A stretch of 29,600 nt of DNA from Fidelibacterota bacterium (GTDB taxonomy: Bacteria; Fidelibacterota; Marinisomatia; Marinisomatales; TCS55). Below the pieces are notes generated by a model that ran no database searches, was not told where the DNA came from, and worked only from the letters and a program-made list of their open reading frames with translations. The stretch lies in NCBI GenBank assembly GCA_046861385.1, contig JBHHTW010000029.1:1-29600 (forward strand), read 5' to 3'. The position numbers and the translations under genes were made by a program. This document shows, piece after piece, positions 22,036 to 29,600 of the stretch (position 1 is the first letter of the stretch; each line of letters starts with the position of its first letter).

Positions 22036-23364
22036 TCATCTATAATCCTGATCAAGTGTTCCCAATAGAGCCCTTAGTTGAGCTTCCTGTATCCGGGCAT
22101 CATATTTGGTGGTGACCAAAGCGCTCCGAGCCTGGGTAACGGATACCTGGGCATCCAATATTTCCAATATGGTTGCTGATCCCAAACTGTACCGCTGCTG
22201 GACTAATTTTAAATCCTCTTCCGCCGAGGCCAATATTTGTTCATCCAGGGGAATCAATTCCTGATAATCTTCAATGATGTTCAGTAAATTTTCCAACTGA
22301 ACATGCAGATTGTGTTTCTGAGTAACATAGTTGTACTGTTGTTTTCGGATGGCCAATTCTGCCTGCTGTTCACGGGTGGTTAGGTTATAACCGGTAAATA
22401 TTGGAAAGGACAAGGATAATGAGAGAGTGGAGGTCCAATTATCTATCTTCCCCATATCAGCAAATTCCGGCGTGGAGGCTCCATACATCATGGAAGCACT
22501 TAATTTGGGCCGACGGGTACCCGTTAATATTCTTCTATTCAAATCTAAACCGGTAATTTGAGATTGAATAATCAACAGGGTTGGATTGTATTCTTCCAGT
22601 TCATCAATCGCCTCTTTGAGTTCGGGCATTGGAAGGAGAGGCCTAACAAAATCAGTGACTTCAAACGTCGTTTGCGATCCCATTAACCCCATACTGTTTC
22701 GAAGAACCAATTCTGTATTCTTCATTCGGGTTTCTTTCAGAAGTACATCGGTCTTCGATTTTCCTAATTGTACTTCTGCTTTTAATAAATCTGTTTTTTT
22801 AACCGCTCCCAATTCAAACTGCGTACTGACCAGCTCAATTTGTTCCAGGGCTAAATCCAATGTTTTTTTGGCTACTTCCAATAATTGGCGGGACTTAAGG
22901 TATTCATAGAAAGCCTGGTGGACATTGAGGACTACTGATATCATTTCCTGACGAGCAGATTGTTTGGCAATTAAATAATTGTTATTGGCTGTTCGCATCT
23001 GATTCAGCCATTGCCCCCCATCATAAATGGTCTGGTTCACAGAAAACGAAGACCCAAAAGAATTGCTCACGCCTCCGTAGGGAGAAGATAGGGAAAAAGT
23101 AGAATCCATAATGACGATGGAAGATTGGCTTGTTCCTTTCGGGACTTTGGTTTCGCTCCATGAATTGCCGTAACTGACAGATGGAAGAATATGGCTTAGT
23201 GATCCTTTTTTCCCATATTCAGCTGATTGAAGATTCAGGGCTTCTGACTTGAGAGATTCTTTATTCATTAAGGCAATTTCAACACACTCTTTTAGGGAAT
23301 AAACCTGTGCGTTTATACGTACGGATGTGAATAATAATAATAATAATAGGAACAGTTTACTCAT
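22036..23364 (-). CDS. TolC-family outer membrane channel
   Basis: Start moved to ATG 23364 (MSKLFLLLLLLF, signal peptide). QTIYDGG, FELGAVKKTDLL, YSLGSATILEILDAQ. Confidence 0.9.
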   Translation of the reverse strand: MSKLFLLLLLLFTSVRINAQVYSLKECVEIALMNKESLKSEALNLQSAEYGKKGSLSHILPSVSYGNSWSETKVPKGTSQSSIVIMDSTFSLSSPYGGVSNSFGSSFSVNQTIYDGGQWLNQMRTANNNYLIAKQSARQEMISVVLNVHQAFYEYLKSRQLLEVAKKTLDLALEQIELVSTQFELGAVKKTDLLKAEVQLGKSKTDVLLKETRMKNTELVLRNSMGLMGSQTTFEVTDFVRPLLPMPELKEAIDELEEYNPTLLIIQSQITGLDLNRRILTGTRRPKLSASMMYGASTPEFADMGKIDNWTSTLSLSLSFPIFTGYNLTTREQQAELAIRKQQYNYVTQKHNLHVQLENLLNIIEDYQELIPLDEQILASAEEDLKLVQQRYSLGSATILEILDAQVSVTQARSALVTTKYDARIQEAQLRALLGTLDQDYR

Positions 23365-23368
23365 AATG

Positions 23369-24067
23369 TTATGCGAACATTGACCCCAATAATGAGAAGA
23401 AGGTTGTCTGTAAAATCCAATAAATAACCAAAGCAATTAGAAAGGGTTTAAACTCCCGCCGGTATAAAACGCTCATTCCGACGGCAAGTAAACTAATGCG
23501 CCATAAAGCAAAAAGATCCATCCCGCTTAAGAAATGATAAATAAAATCTCCCTGTTCCCCGATACCTAAAAGACCCAATCCTGTTTGTACATCCGTTCGC
23601 CACTGGGTAATCATTAAGGGAATTTTCACGAATGATTCAATTACAGCAACCATATATGTATAGGAAGTCATCACCAGAATATTGCCAAAGGATGATTTTC
23701 CGCCAAAAAAGAAATTGCCGGTCATCAGCACAATGAGTGACATAAATAAAATCCGGATTGGCGTTGAAAGGACACTGGATACATAACCAACCATCGTCAT
23801 CATTTTCGATGGATTCTGAATTTTTTCCAAACTGTCATTGAGGAATTCTTCTTTCTGATCATCCGGAATGCTGGAATTATTCATAATGTATTTTTCCGTT
23901 TGCGCTAACTGGACTTCCACCAATAAATCTTTCAATACAAACATGCTGCCCAATCCCACTATCGCTGTAACCAATAAAGGCAGGTAAGCATCCTGCCAAT
24001 GACTGCGTTGAATGAGTGATGTAAATACATTTCTTGGTTCTATAATTACATTTAATAGGTTATTCAT
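23369..24067 (-). CDS. Yip1-domain membrane protein
   Basis: 232 aa, about 5 TM segments, N-terminal 'NVIIEPRNVF' and 'DLFALW' patterns typical of bacterial Yip1 proteins. Confidence 0.75.
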   Translation of the reverse strand: MNNLLNVIIEPRNVFTSLIQRSHWQDAYLPLLVTAIVGLGSMFVLKDLLVEVQLAQTEKYIMNNSSIPDDQKEEFLNDSLEKIQNPSKMMTMVGYVSSVLSTPIRILFMSLIVLMTGNFFFGGKSSFGNILVMTSYTYMVAVIESFVKIPLMITQWRTDVQTGLGLLGIGEQGDFIYHFLSGMDLFALWRISLLAVGMSVLYRREFKPFLIALVIYWILQTTFFSLLGSMFA

Positions 24068-24080
24068 TTGTTATCCCTAA

Positions 24081-25502
24081 TCATTCAGTGAGAATGTTAT
24101 CTTTAATAGTATTCAAATATTTTTTTGCTGATTCATAGTCATTCTCAACATCTCCTTTTAGAATGGCTTCTTCAATCGCACGTTTGACTTTTCCCACTTT
24201 CTTTCCCTCTTTTAAACCACATATTTCCATGATTTCATCTCCGCGGACCGGCGATTGGAAAGCTCTCATTTTATCCCGTTCAACGACGCTTGACATCTTC
24301 CCTTCTACAATTTCAAAATTATGCATGTATTTTTTTACCCTGTTTGGGTTTCTGGTCGTTATATCCGCCCGGCACAGGATCATTAGATCATCCAATTTAT
24401 CCCCTGCAGAAGCCATCAGTCTTCTTACGGCTGAATCTGTGACTTCCTTCTTGACAAGGCTGATGGGCCTCAAATGCAGCATGGTAAGATTCTTTAAATA
24501 ATTTTTTAAGTCATTGGGCAATTTGAGCCGCTTAGCTATTTTTTCTACTATGCGCTCTCCCACAGCATCGTGACCATGGAATGTGTAACCCTTTTGATGA
24601 TTCACTCTTCGGGTAACCGGTTTGGCAATATCGTGTACTAGTGCGGCAAACCGCAATTCCATTTTATCAGAAAGTTTGGCAGAATTATCCACTACCTGCA
24701 TGGTATGATAAAAAATATCTTTATGGTGCCATTCTTTTGATTGTTCCAGACCAAACATGGCATCTATTTCAGGGAATACATATTTCATCAGCCCTGCATC
24801 CTGCAATAATATTAATCCGATTGAAGGTTGATTCGTTGAGAGAATTTTTATTAGTTCTGCGGTGATACGTTCCTGTGATACAATTTTTATTCTGTCAGCT
24901 TGTTTTTTAATGGCTTTTAAACATTGGCTGTCCAATTCAAATTTTAATGCGGATACAAAATAAGCGGCACGCATCATTCTTAATGGATCCTCATGAAATG
25001 TTTCGTTGGGATCCAATGGTGTTCGCAATTGTTTCTTTTGAAGATCCTGAATACCTCCGAGGGGGTCATGAAGCTCACCAAATCGATCCGGCATGAGATC
25101 AACCGCTAAAGTGTTTACGGTAAAATCCCGGCGAATCAGGTCTCCTTTCAAATCAGTGTATACTACCTCTTTCGGTTTTCTGGAATGGGTATCGTAGGAT
25201 TCGGTCCGGGCAGCTGCCACTTCCAAAGGGATTTGTTTATACGGAATCTTTGCCGTGGAAAATTTCGGGAATGGGACAATCTTTTTAACACCGAGTTTAT
25301 TGGCGAGCTGCCTGGCAAAGGCCACGCCATCTCCCACCACCATAAAATCAATCTCTTTTAGTTTTCTTCCAAGGAAAATATCCCGGACATATCCGCCTAC
25401 AACATATACATCAATGTTGAGATCGCGGCCCAGTTCTCCGGCGATTTTCAAAACGTGAAATCCTATAGGATTTTCTTTCAATAAGTGTTGAATATTGGCC
25501 AT
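24081..25502 (-). CDS. cca: CCA-adding tRNA nucleotidyltransferase with HD domain
   Basis: VGGYVRD, EIDF, RRDFTVN, EDPLRMMRA, SQERI, HDIAK, CRADITT. Confidence 0.9.
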   Translation of the reverse strand: MANIQHLLKENPIGFHVLKIAGELGRDLNIDVYVVGGYVRDIFLGRKLKEIDFMVVGDGVAFARQLANKLGVKKIVPFPKFSTAKIPYKQIPLEVAAARTESYDTHSRKPKEVVYTDLKGDLIRRDFTVNTLAVDLMPDRFGELHDPLGGIQDLQKKQLRTPLDPNETFHEDPLRMMRAAYFVSALKFELDSQCLKAIKKQADRIKIVSQERITAELIKILSTNQPSIGLILLQDAGLMKYVFPEIDAMFGLEQSKEWHHKDIFYHTMQVVDNSAKLSDKMELRFAALVHDIAKPVTRRVNHQKGYTFHGHDAVGERIVEKIAKRLKLPNDLKNYLKNLTMLHLRPISLVKKEVTDSAVRRLMASAGDKLDDLMILCRADITTRNPNRVKKYMHNFEIVEGKMSSVVERDKMRAFQSPVRGDEIMEICGLKEGKKVGKVKRAIEEAILKGDVENDYESAKKYLNTIKDNILTE

Positions 25503-25529
25503 ACCAGCCGAGAATTTACGGTAGTTCGC

Positions 25530-25802
25530 CTACAACAAACAGGGTAAGTGGCGGATAGAATTAACCTCATCAATAACTTTTAGATGAGCTTTGGAAACTC
25601 CAAATCGATTTTGACCTCCAGAATGATAGGGAAATGATTTATTAATCATTTTTATCCAGACTGTATCTTTTTCTGTTTCTAGAACCATGGCGGTATTGTT
25701 TAGGATATTCACATATAATGCTCCTACGGGGGACGGAAAACCGCCACCGCGAATGAACTCTCTTCCTATTTTGTTGAGGGTTACTCTATCTTTTGGTTTC
25801 AT
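25530..25802 (-). CDS. Small hypothetical protein (90 aa)
   Basis: ATG preceded by an AAGGA RBS. No family recognised; the beta-rich pattern is loosely SH3-like. Confidence 0.6.
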   Translation of the reverse strand: MKPKDRVTLNKIGREFIRGGGFPSPVGALYVNILNNTAMVLETEKDTVWIKMINKSFPYHSGGQNRFGVSKAHLKVIDEVNSIRHLPCLL

Positions 25803-25848
25803 AGTATATGTTCCTTTTTTAGGCTAACACATAAAGAAGACCGAAAAC

Positions 25849-25871
25849 AAAAAAAGCGCCGGAGCGCTTTT
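25849..25871 (-). terminator. Intrinsic-terminator-like hairpin, also the centre of a longer attC-like imperfect palindrome (25822-25903)
   Basis: Minus strand reads AAAAGCGC-TCCG-GCGC-TTTTTTT. Confidence 0.55.
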
Positions 25872-25922
25872 CAGTTACCGGTTTAGCAGTTTTGCTTTAA
25901 GCCGCCTGCAAGTTGGTTTAAA

Positions 25923-26400
25923 TCACGGCTTTAACGTTGGCAGGAATTTACACTTATTACCATTTAGTTCTACTATAATACTTTCATTAATTTTTTCAGT
26001 TTTCCCACCCGCAACTGAGTAGGCGATATAAACTGAATCAGCCAGTTTAATAATGAACTGATTTCGCTCTATAGCTCTTTCGGATATTATTCGGGTAACC
26101 ATTTCGGGAAATTTTGAAACAAGTAACAATCAACCATTGTCCATATTGGGGTTCCATTCTTTGGGAATACGCTTCCAGATTCCACGGGTAGGACTTATAA
26201 TGATCGGTTGTATTCCCTCAAGTAAAATCCGAAGGCATTTCTTCTCCATGGGGGAATGAAACCCACTGATGACAGACTGCTCCTCCTTACGCCATTTTAA
26301 ACATTGATCATATATATTTAGAATTTTATCACCGGGACATATTACAGAACAAAAAAGAGCGATAGGTTTGGTTTTTTAAGAGTTCAAAATTACCAAAGGA
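25923..26400 (-). pseudogene. Disrupted DprA/Smf (SLOG)-like gene
   Basis: Manual translation: FGNFELLK /frameshift in the T6 run at 26372-26377/ KPIALFCSVICPG...VISGFHSPMEKKCLRILLEGIQPIII...NG*LLLVSKFP...AIERNQFIIKLADSVYIAY...GGKT. In-frame TGA at 26130-26132; no start codon before the higA stop. Confidence 0.8.
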
Positions 26401-26405
26401 AAACT

Positions 26406-26699
26406 TTAAATAACTTTACGGCGAATTTGAAAATACCATTCTAACCCAAGGGCATTGGTTATCTGAGTTAAAAAGGAAATAGATGGCATTTTCATCGATT
26501 TTTCAAAACGAGAAATGGAACTTTGTTTGGTTCCGATTTTTTCTGCTAATTCTTTTTGGGTAATTCCTTGCTCAATTCTTAAAGCGACAATTTCTCTTAC
26601 TAATTTATACACAGGACCCAAATCATCATAGGCTTGTTTGAATTCAGCATTTTGCAAAAGTCTTTTTTTATGTAAATCAACATTTGTTTTATTCTTCAT
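26406..26699 (-). CDS. higA: XRE-family HTH antitoxin (HigA-like)
   Basis: LRIEQGITQKELAEKIGTKQSSISRFE, PSISFL. Start at ATG 26699, overlapping the toxin end by 11 nt. Confidence 0.85.
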   Translation of the reverse strand: MKNKTNVDLHKKRLLQNAEFKQAYDDLGPVYKLVREIVALRIEQGITQKELAEKIGTKQSSISRFEKSMKMPSISFLTQITNALGLEWYFQIRRKVI

Positions 26700-27018
26700 A
26701 ATCTTTCTGCCTTTTCTTTGCAATTTTAATTTCCTTTTTGGGTGTTTTCCTGGTTTTTTTTGTAAATCCGCTCAATAACACAAATTTTCTACCGGTAAAT
26801 ACAAAATAAAGTATCCGTTCCGAACCGGGACGTAATTCCCATATTTTACCATCGATATGTTCCATGTAGGGTACTCCCAATTGAATTCCATACTCTTTAA
26901 CCAAATCAAACACTCTGAATACATTCGCCTGCTTGTTGACAGGTAAACTGTCAATAAATTCTTCAACAGGTTTTTTCCCGCGATGATCTTCATAATATTC
27001 GATTGTCCATTCATTCAT
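26689..27018 (-). CDS. higB: RelE/ParE-superfamily toxin (HigB / Gp49-like)
   Basis: GKKPVEEFIDSL, IWELRP, RILYF, FVLLSGFTKKTRKTP. Toxin-first gene order. Confidence 0.88.
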   Translation of the reverse strand: MNEWTIEYYEDHRGKKPVEEFIDSLPVNKQANVFRVFDLVKEYGIQLGVPYMEHIDGKIWELRPGSERILYFVFTGRKFVLLSGFTKKTRKTPKKEIKIAKKRQKDYEE

Positions 27019-27022
27019 AAAT

Positions 27023-27040
27023 TATCACAATATTGTTATA
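27023..27040. promoter_or_regulatory. Probable antitoxin operator overlapping the TA promoter
   Basis: TATCACAATATTGTTATA is an 18-bp palindrome with one mismatched pair, 4 bp from the toxin ATG. The minus strand has TTGTAA-N16-GATAAT. Confidence 0.6.
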
Positions 27041-27611
27041 TTTTACAATCTTTCTTTTCTTATTATTTCAAAATTTCTCTCGATTATGTATTCTCACCTA
27101 CCCAATTCTTTACCATACTACTCCCATTATAAGGATGAACTATTTAGTAGTTTTTCAATGCTTTTTGGTAACGACATTTATGCAATGGAAAATTGTAAAT
27201 ATTCAATCATTAATTAATCAACTCTTTCCCCATCCGGTACTTAATATCTTAGTTGATAATAAAATCCAACCAAACTTCTGCATATATCTAATTCACAATT
27301 ATTGCCTAAAGAATAATATGTGATTCGATTATTAGATTTCCAAACCACGGTTTTATACGTTTCTATTATGTTTCATATTTAACTTTAAAGCCCATTAATA
27401 TTACCTCATAACCCATCTTGAAAATAAAGTTTTCCGACTAAATAGTGTTAATGTTTTGTGAAATTTCAGATTGTTGAAAATTACAATAACGATTATTATA
27501 TATACTCATCCAGGTGAGTGCATGAATACTAATCAATTAACTGTGCTTCAATACAGTTGATATTTCATTTGCACAGCTCACTTACTTCCTCTATCTTCAG
27601 GCGCTAAAGTT

Positions 27612-28436
27612 ATGAAACAGATAATCACAACCTGCCTTTTCACTTGTCTTATCTATGGTCAATTTGGCGAAGTGAAAGTCGTTTTTGATGATCATTTATT
27701 AAAAGTATATGAACGCCAAAATATCATGCCGTTGAAACAGGACATCGCCCGGTTTATAGAATCTACTCGCTGGGATGATGAATACAGTGATCTTAAAATA
27801 CCGCTGCATATTCAGTTTATCTTTGAGGGTTCCGCGCAAAAAGGAGCCCAGGAAACCTATCTGGCTCAAGTATTGTTTTCAAACGGAACAGATCAGCGTT
27901 TTTTTGATACATCGTTTCAATTTCCCTATAATCAAAGCGGATCACTATATTTTGACTTAGTTCAATTTGATCCATTATCCAGCTTTCTAGCCTATTATGT
28001 CAATCTGATACTTGCTGTTGAAATAGATACGTACGAGCCCTTTGGCGGTACTCCCATCTATGAAATATCAAGGGAGATTGCTCTTCGCGGGTCTGCCAGT
28101 GAATATTCCAGAGGCTGGTCTGACCGGGTAAGACTGGTGAACGATATGAGTACAAATTTTGGCCTTCGGAAAGCACGATTTTCTTATTATTATGCAATGG
28201 ACTTATTTCAAAATGGAAATGTAGATGATGCTGTAAAAGAATTTGAAAATATGATCAAGGGGCTGGATGAAGTATATGATCGCTTTTCGAAAGAACACTA
28301 TACATCGTTTTTTCTTAAAGCAAACGTCGGTAACCTGACTAAAGTTTTGGGATTATTGGGTCAAGATAATATGCTGAAGGATATGATGGAACTGGACCCT
28401 GATAATTTGGAAATTTATCAGGCAGCTCTTGATTAA
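27612..28436 (+). CDS. DUF4835-family (PorD-like) exported protein
   Basis: Signal peptide, FIESTRW, FQFPY, FLAYYVNLILAVEIDTYEPFGGT and GW motifs recognised by eye. Confidence 0.65.
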   Translation: MKQIITTCLFTCLIYGQFGEVKVVFDDHLLKVYERQNIMPLKQDIARFIESTRWDDEYSDLKIPLHIQFIFEGSAQKGAQETYLAQVLFSNGTDQRFFDTSFQFPYNQSGSLYFDLVQFDPLSSFLAYYVNLILAVEIDTYEPFGGTPIYEISREIALRGSASEYSRGWSDRVRLVNDMSTNFGLRKARFSYYYAMDLFQNGNVDDAVKEFENMIKGLDEVYDRFSKEHYTSFFLKANVGNLTKVLGLLGQDNMLKDMMELDPDNLEIYQAALD

Positions 28437-29452
28437 AGGTCGGAAAACTTATTGACACCCCGAATGTAATGGGCGAAAACGATGCTCCCACGGTATAGCT
28501 GACTTATTATTTCACTATCGTTTTTTTTCCTGATCTTTTTGACTAATTGTCGTTTTTTATAAATTGTACGTGGATGAGTTAGCAGCCAGCCAAAAGATTT
28601 TAATACGGCGCCAAAATGATTCAGGTCCCGTTTAACCAAAGCATAAGCCATTGCCACAAATTCTAAGGCAAGCCGAATCGGAAATAAATAAAGAGTCAGC
28701 AATAAATGATAATTTGTGAGCATCATTAACATTGAATTTCGGTGATTTAAGTAATATTTTCGAAACGAATGCATTGGGAGAGAAACAGCATTCTTATGAT
28801 ATATAGTTGCATTCGGTTCAAATAAAACACGGTCGCCCATTAGCTGAAGCCGCCAGCATAAATCAATCTCCTCCTGATGGGCAAAAAATGTTTCATCAAA
28901 TCCGTGAGCTGCTTCAAATGCCTTTTTCCTCACCATGAATGCGGTTCCGGACGCCCAGAAAATATCTTCCGGTTTATCATATTGACCCTCGTCTTCCTCT
29001 TGATTCAGAAAAATACGACCTTTGGCAAATGGGTAGCAAAATATATCCAAATGACCTCCAGCGCCTCCGGCATAATCGAATAATTTTCTCTCATAATAGT
29101 TACGAATTTTAGGCTGGATTGCTGCGACATCATCCTTGCCCTTACCCGCTTTTACTAAATGATCAATCCAATCCGGTTTCTGAATGGTATCATTGTTCAG
29201 GAATAAAAGCCAATCGCCATTGGCAGCGTCCACACCCCGATTACACCCGCCGGCATATCCTTGGTTTTGATCATTCTCAACCAGTAAAATATCGGGGTGA
29301 TTTTTTTTTATCCACTCCTGGCTTCCATCCGTTGACGCATTATCAACGACAATTATTTCTTTGTTAGAATAAGTAGATAACTTGATTGAATCCAAACATT
29401 CAGACAGAACATCGATCCCATTCCAATGAGGAATAATTATGGAAATAAACAT
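28433..29452 (-). CDS. Glycosyltransferase family 2
   Basis: ISIIIPHWN, VVDNASTDGS, GYAGGCN, LNND, WASGTAFMVR, EEIDLCWR. The stop overlaps the convergent gene at TTAA. Confidence 0.93.
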   Translation of the reverse strand: MFISIIIPHWNGIDVLSECLDSIKLSTYSNKEIIVVDNASTDGSQEWIKKNHPDILLVENDQNQGYAGGCNRGVDAANGDWLLFLNNDTIQKPDWIDHLVKAGKGKDDVAAIQPKIRNYYERKLFDYAGGAGGHLDIFCYPFAKGRIFLNQEEDEGQYDKPEDIFWASGTAFMVRKKAFEAAHGFDETFFAHQEEIDLCWRLQLMGDRVLFEPNATIYHKNAVSLPMHSFRKYYLNHRNSMLMMLTNYHLLLTLYLFPIRLALEFVAMAYALVKRDLNHFGAVLKSFGWLLTHPRTIYKKRQLVKKIRKKNDSEIISQLYRGSIVFAHYIRGVNKFSDL

Positions 29453-29454
29453 AT

Positions 29455-29600
29455 TAGATGGTTAGTGGTTATGGGTAGCTGGTTAGTTGTGATACGTTCT
29501 TCCAGCCACTCCGTCTACGCGCCTTCGGCGGACAAGCACTCCACCACCAGTTACCACTCTACCAGTTACCACTCTACCAATCACCCATTACCCCTCACCA
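29455..29600. repeat. Bipartite tandem-repeat tract (G-rich 7-mers facing C-rich 7/8-mers) with an embedded REP-like hairpin
   Basis: GTTAGTG GTTATGG GTAGCTG GTTAGTT (29461-29488); ACCAGTTACCACTCT twice (29546-29575); hairpin TCCGTCTACGCGCCTTCGGCGGACAAG (29510-29536). Confidence 0.9.

Noticed and set aside
26130-26132. In-frame TGA as selenocysteine or an alternative genetic code
   Set aside because: The same gene has a frameshift and no start, and argF, hflK, hflC and cca end in TGA normally.
27033-27323. 96-aa plus-strand ORF and a possible decayed minus-strand gene in the AT-rich spacer
   Set aside because: TTG start overlapping the TA promoter, low-complexity composition, and multiple stops in the minus frames with no recognisable family.

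Overview
Bacterial chromosomal window, AT-rich, mostly minus-strand genes. Gene content (WD40/PD40-Omp85 protein, DUF4835-like protein, kdsB-pyrG-kdsA-kdsC-lptC-lptB-rpoN) suggests an FCB-group Gram-negative such as Ca. Marinimicrobia; this is inference. The backbone is envelope and housekeeping genes: an Omp85 fusion, an lpxH-like operon, argF, hflKC, Kdo/LPS export, sigma-54, a Yip1-TolC-MacAB-type exporter, a CCA enzyme and a GT2. Two small accessory islets interrupt it. (1) 15.5-17.4 kb: a lone AAA_14/DUF4143-type ATPase-nuclease whose start codon lies inside a 32-bp-phased array of inverted repeats, followed by REP-like palindromes. (2) 25.5-27.6 kb: a HigBA-type toxin-antitoxin pair, a DprA/SLOG-like pseudogene, and an ORFan with gene-cassette-like ends. 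A family of 7/8-bp-based tandem repeats (core ACCAGYTAC) occurs in four gene junctions, including both window ends, sometimes as opposed G-rich and C-rich arms. No rRNA, tRNA, CRISPR array, integrase or transposase was recognised. All family assignments come from motifs read by eye, not database searches.
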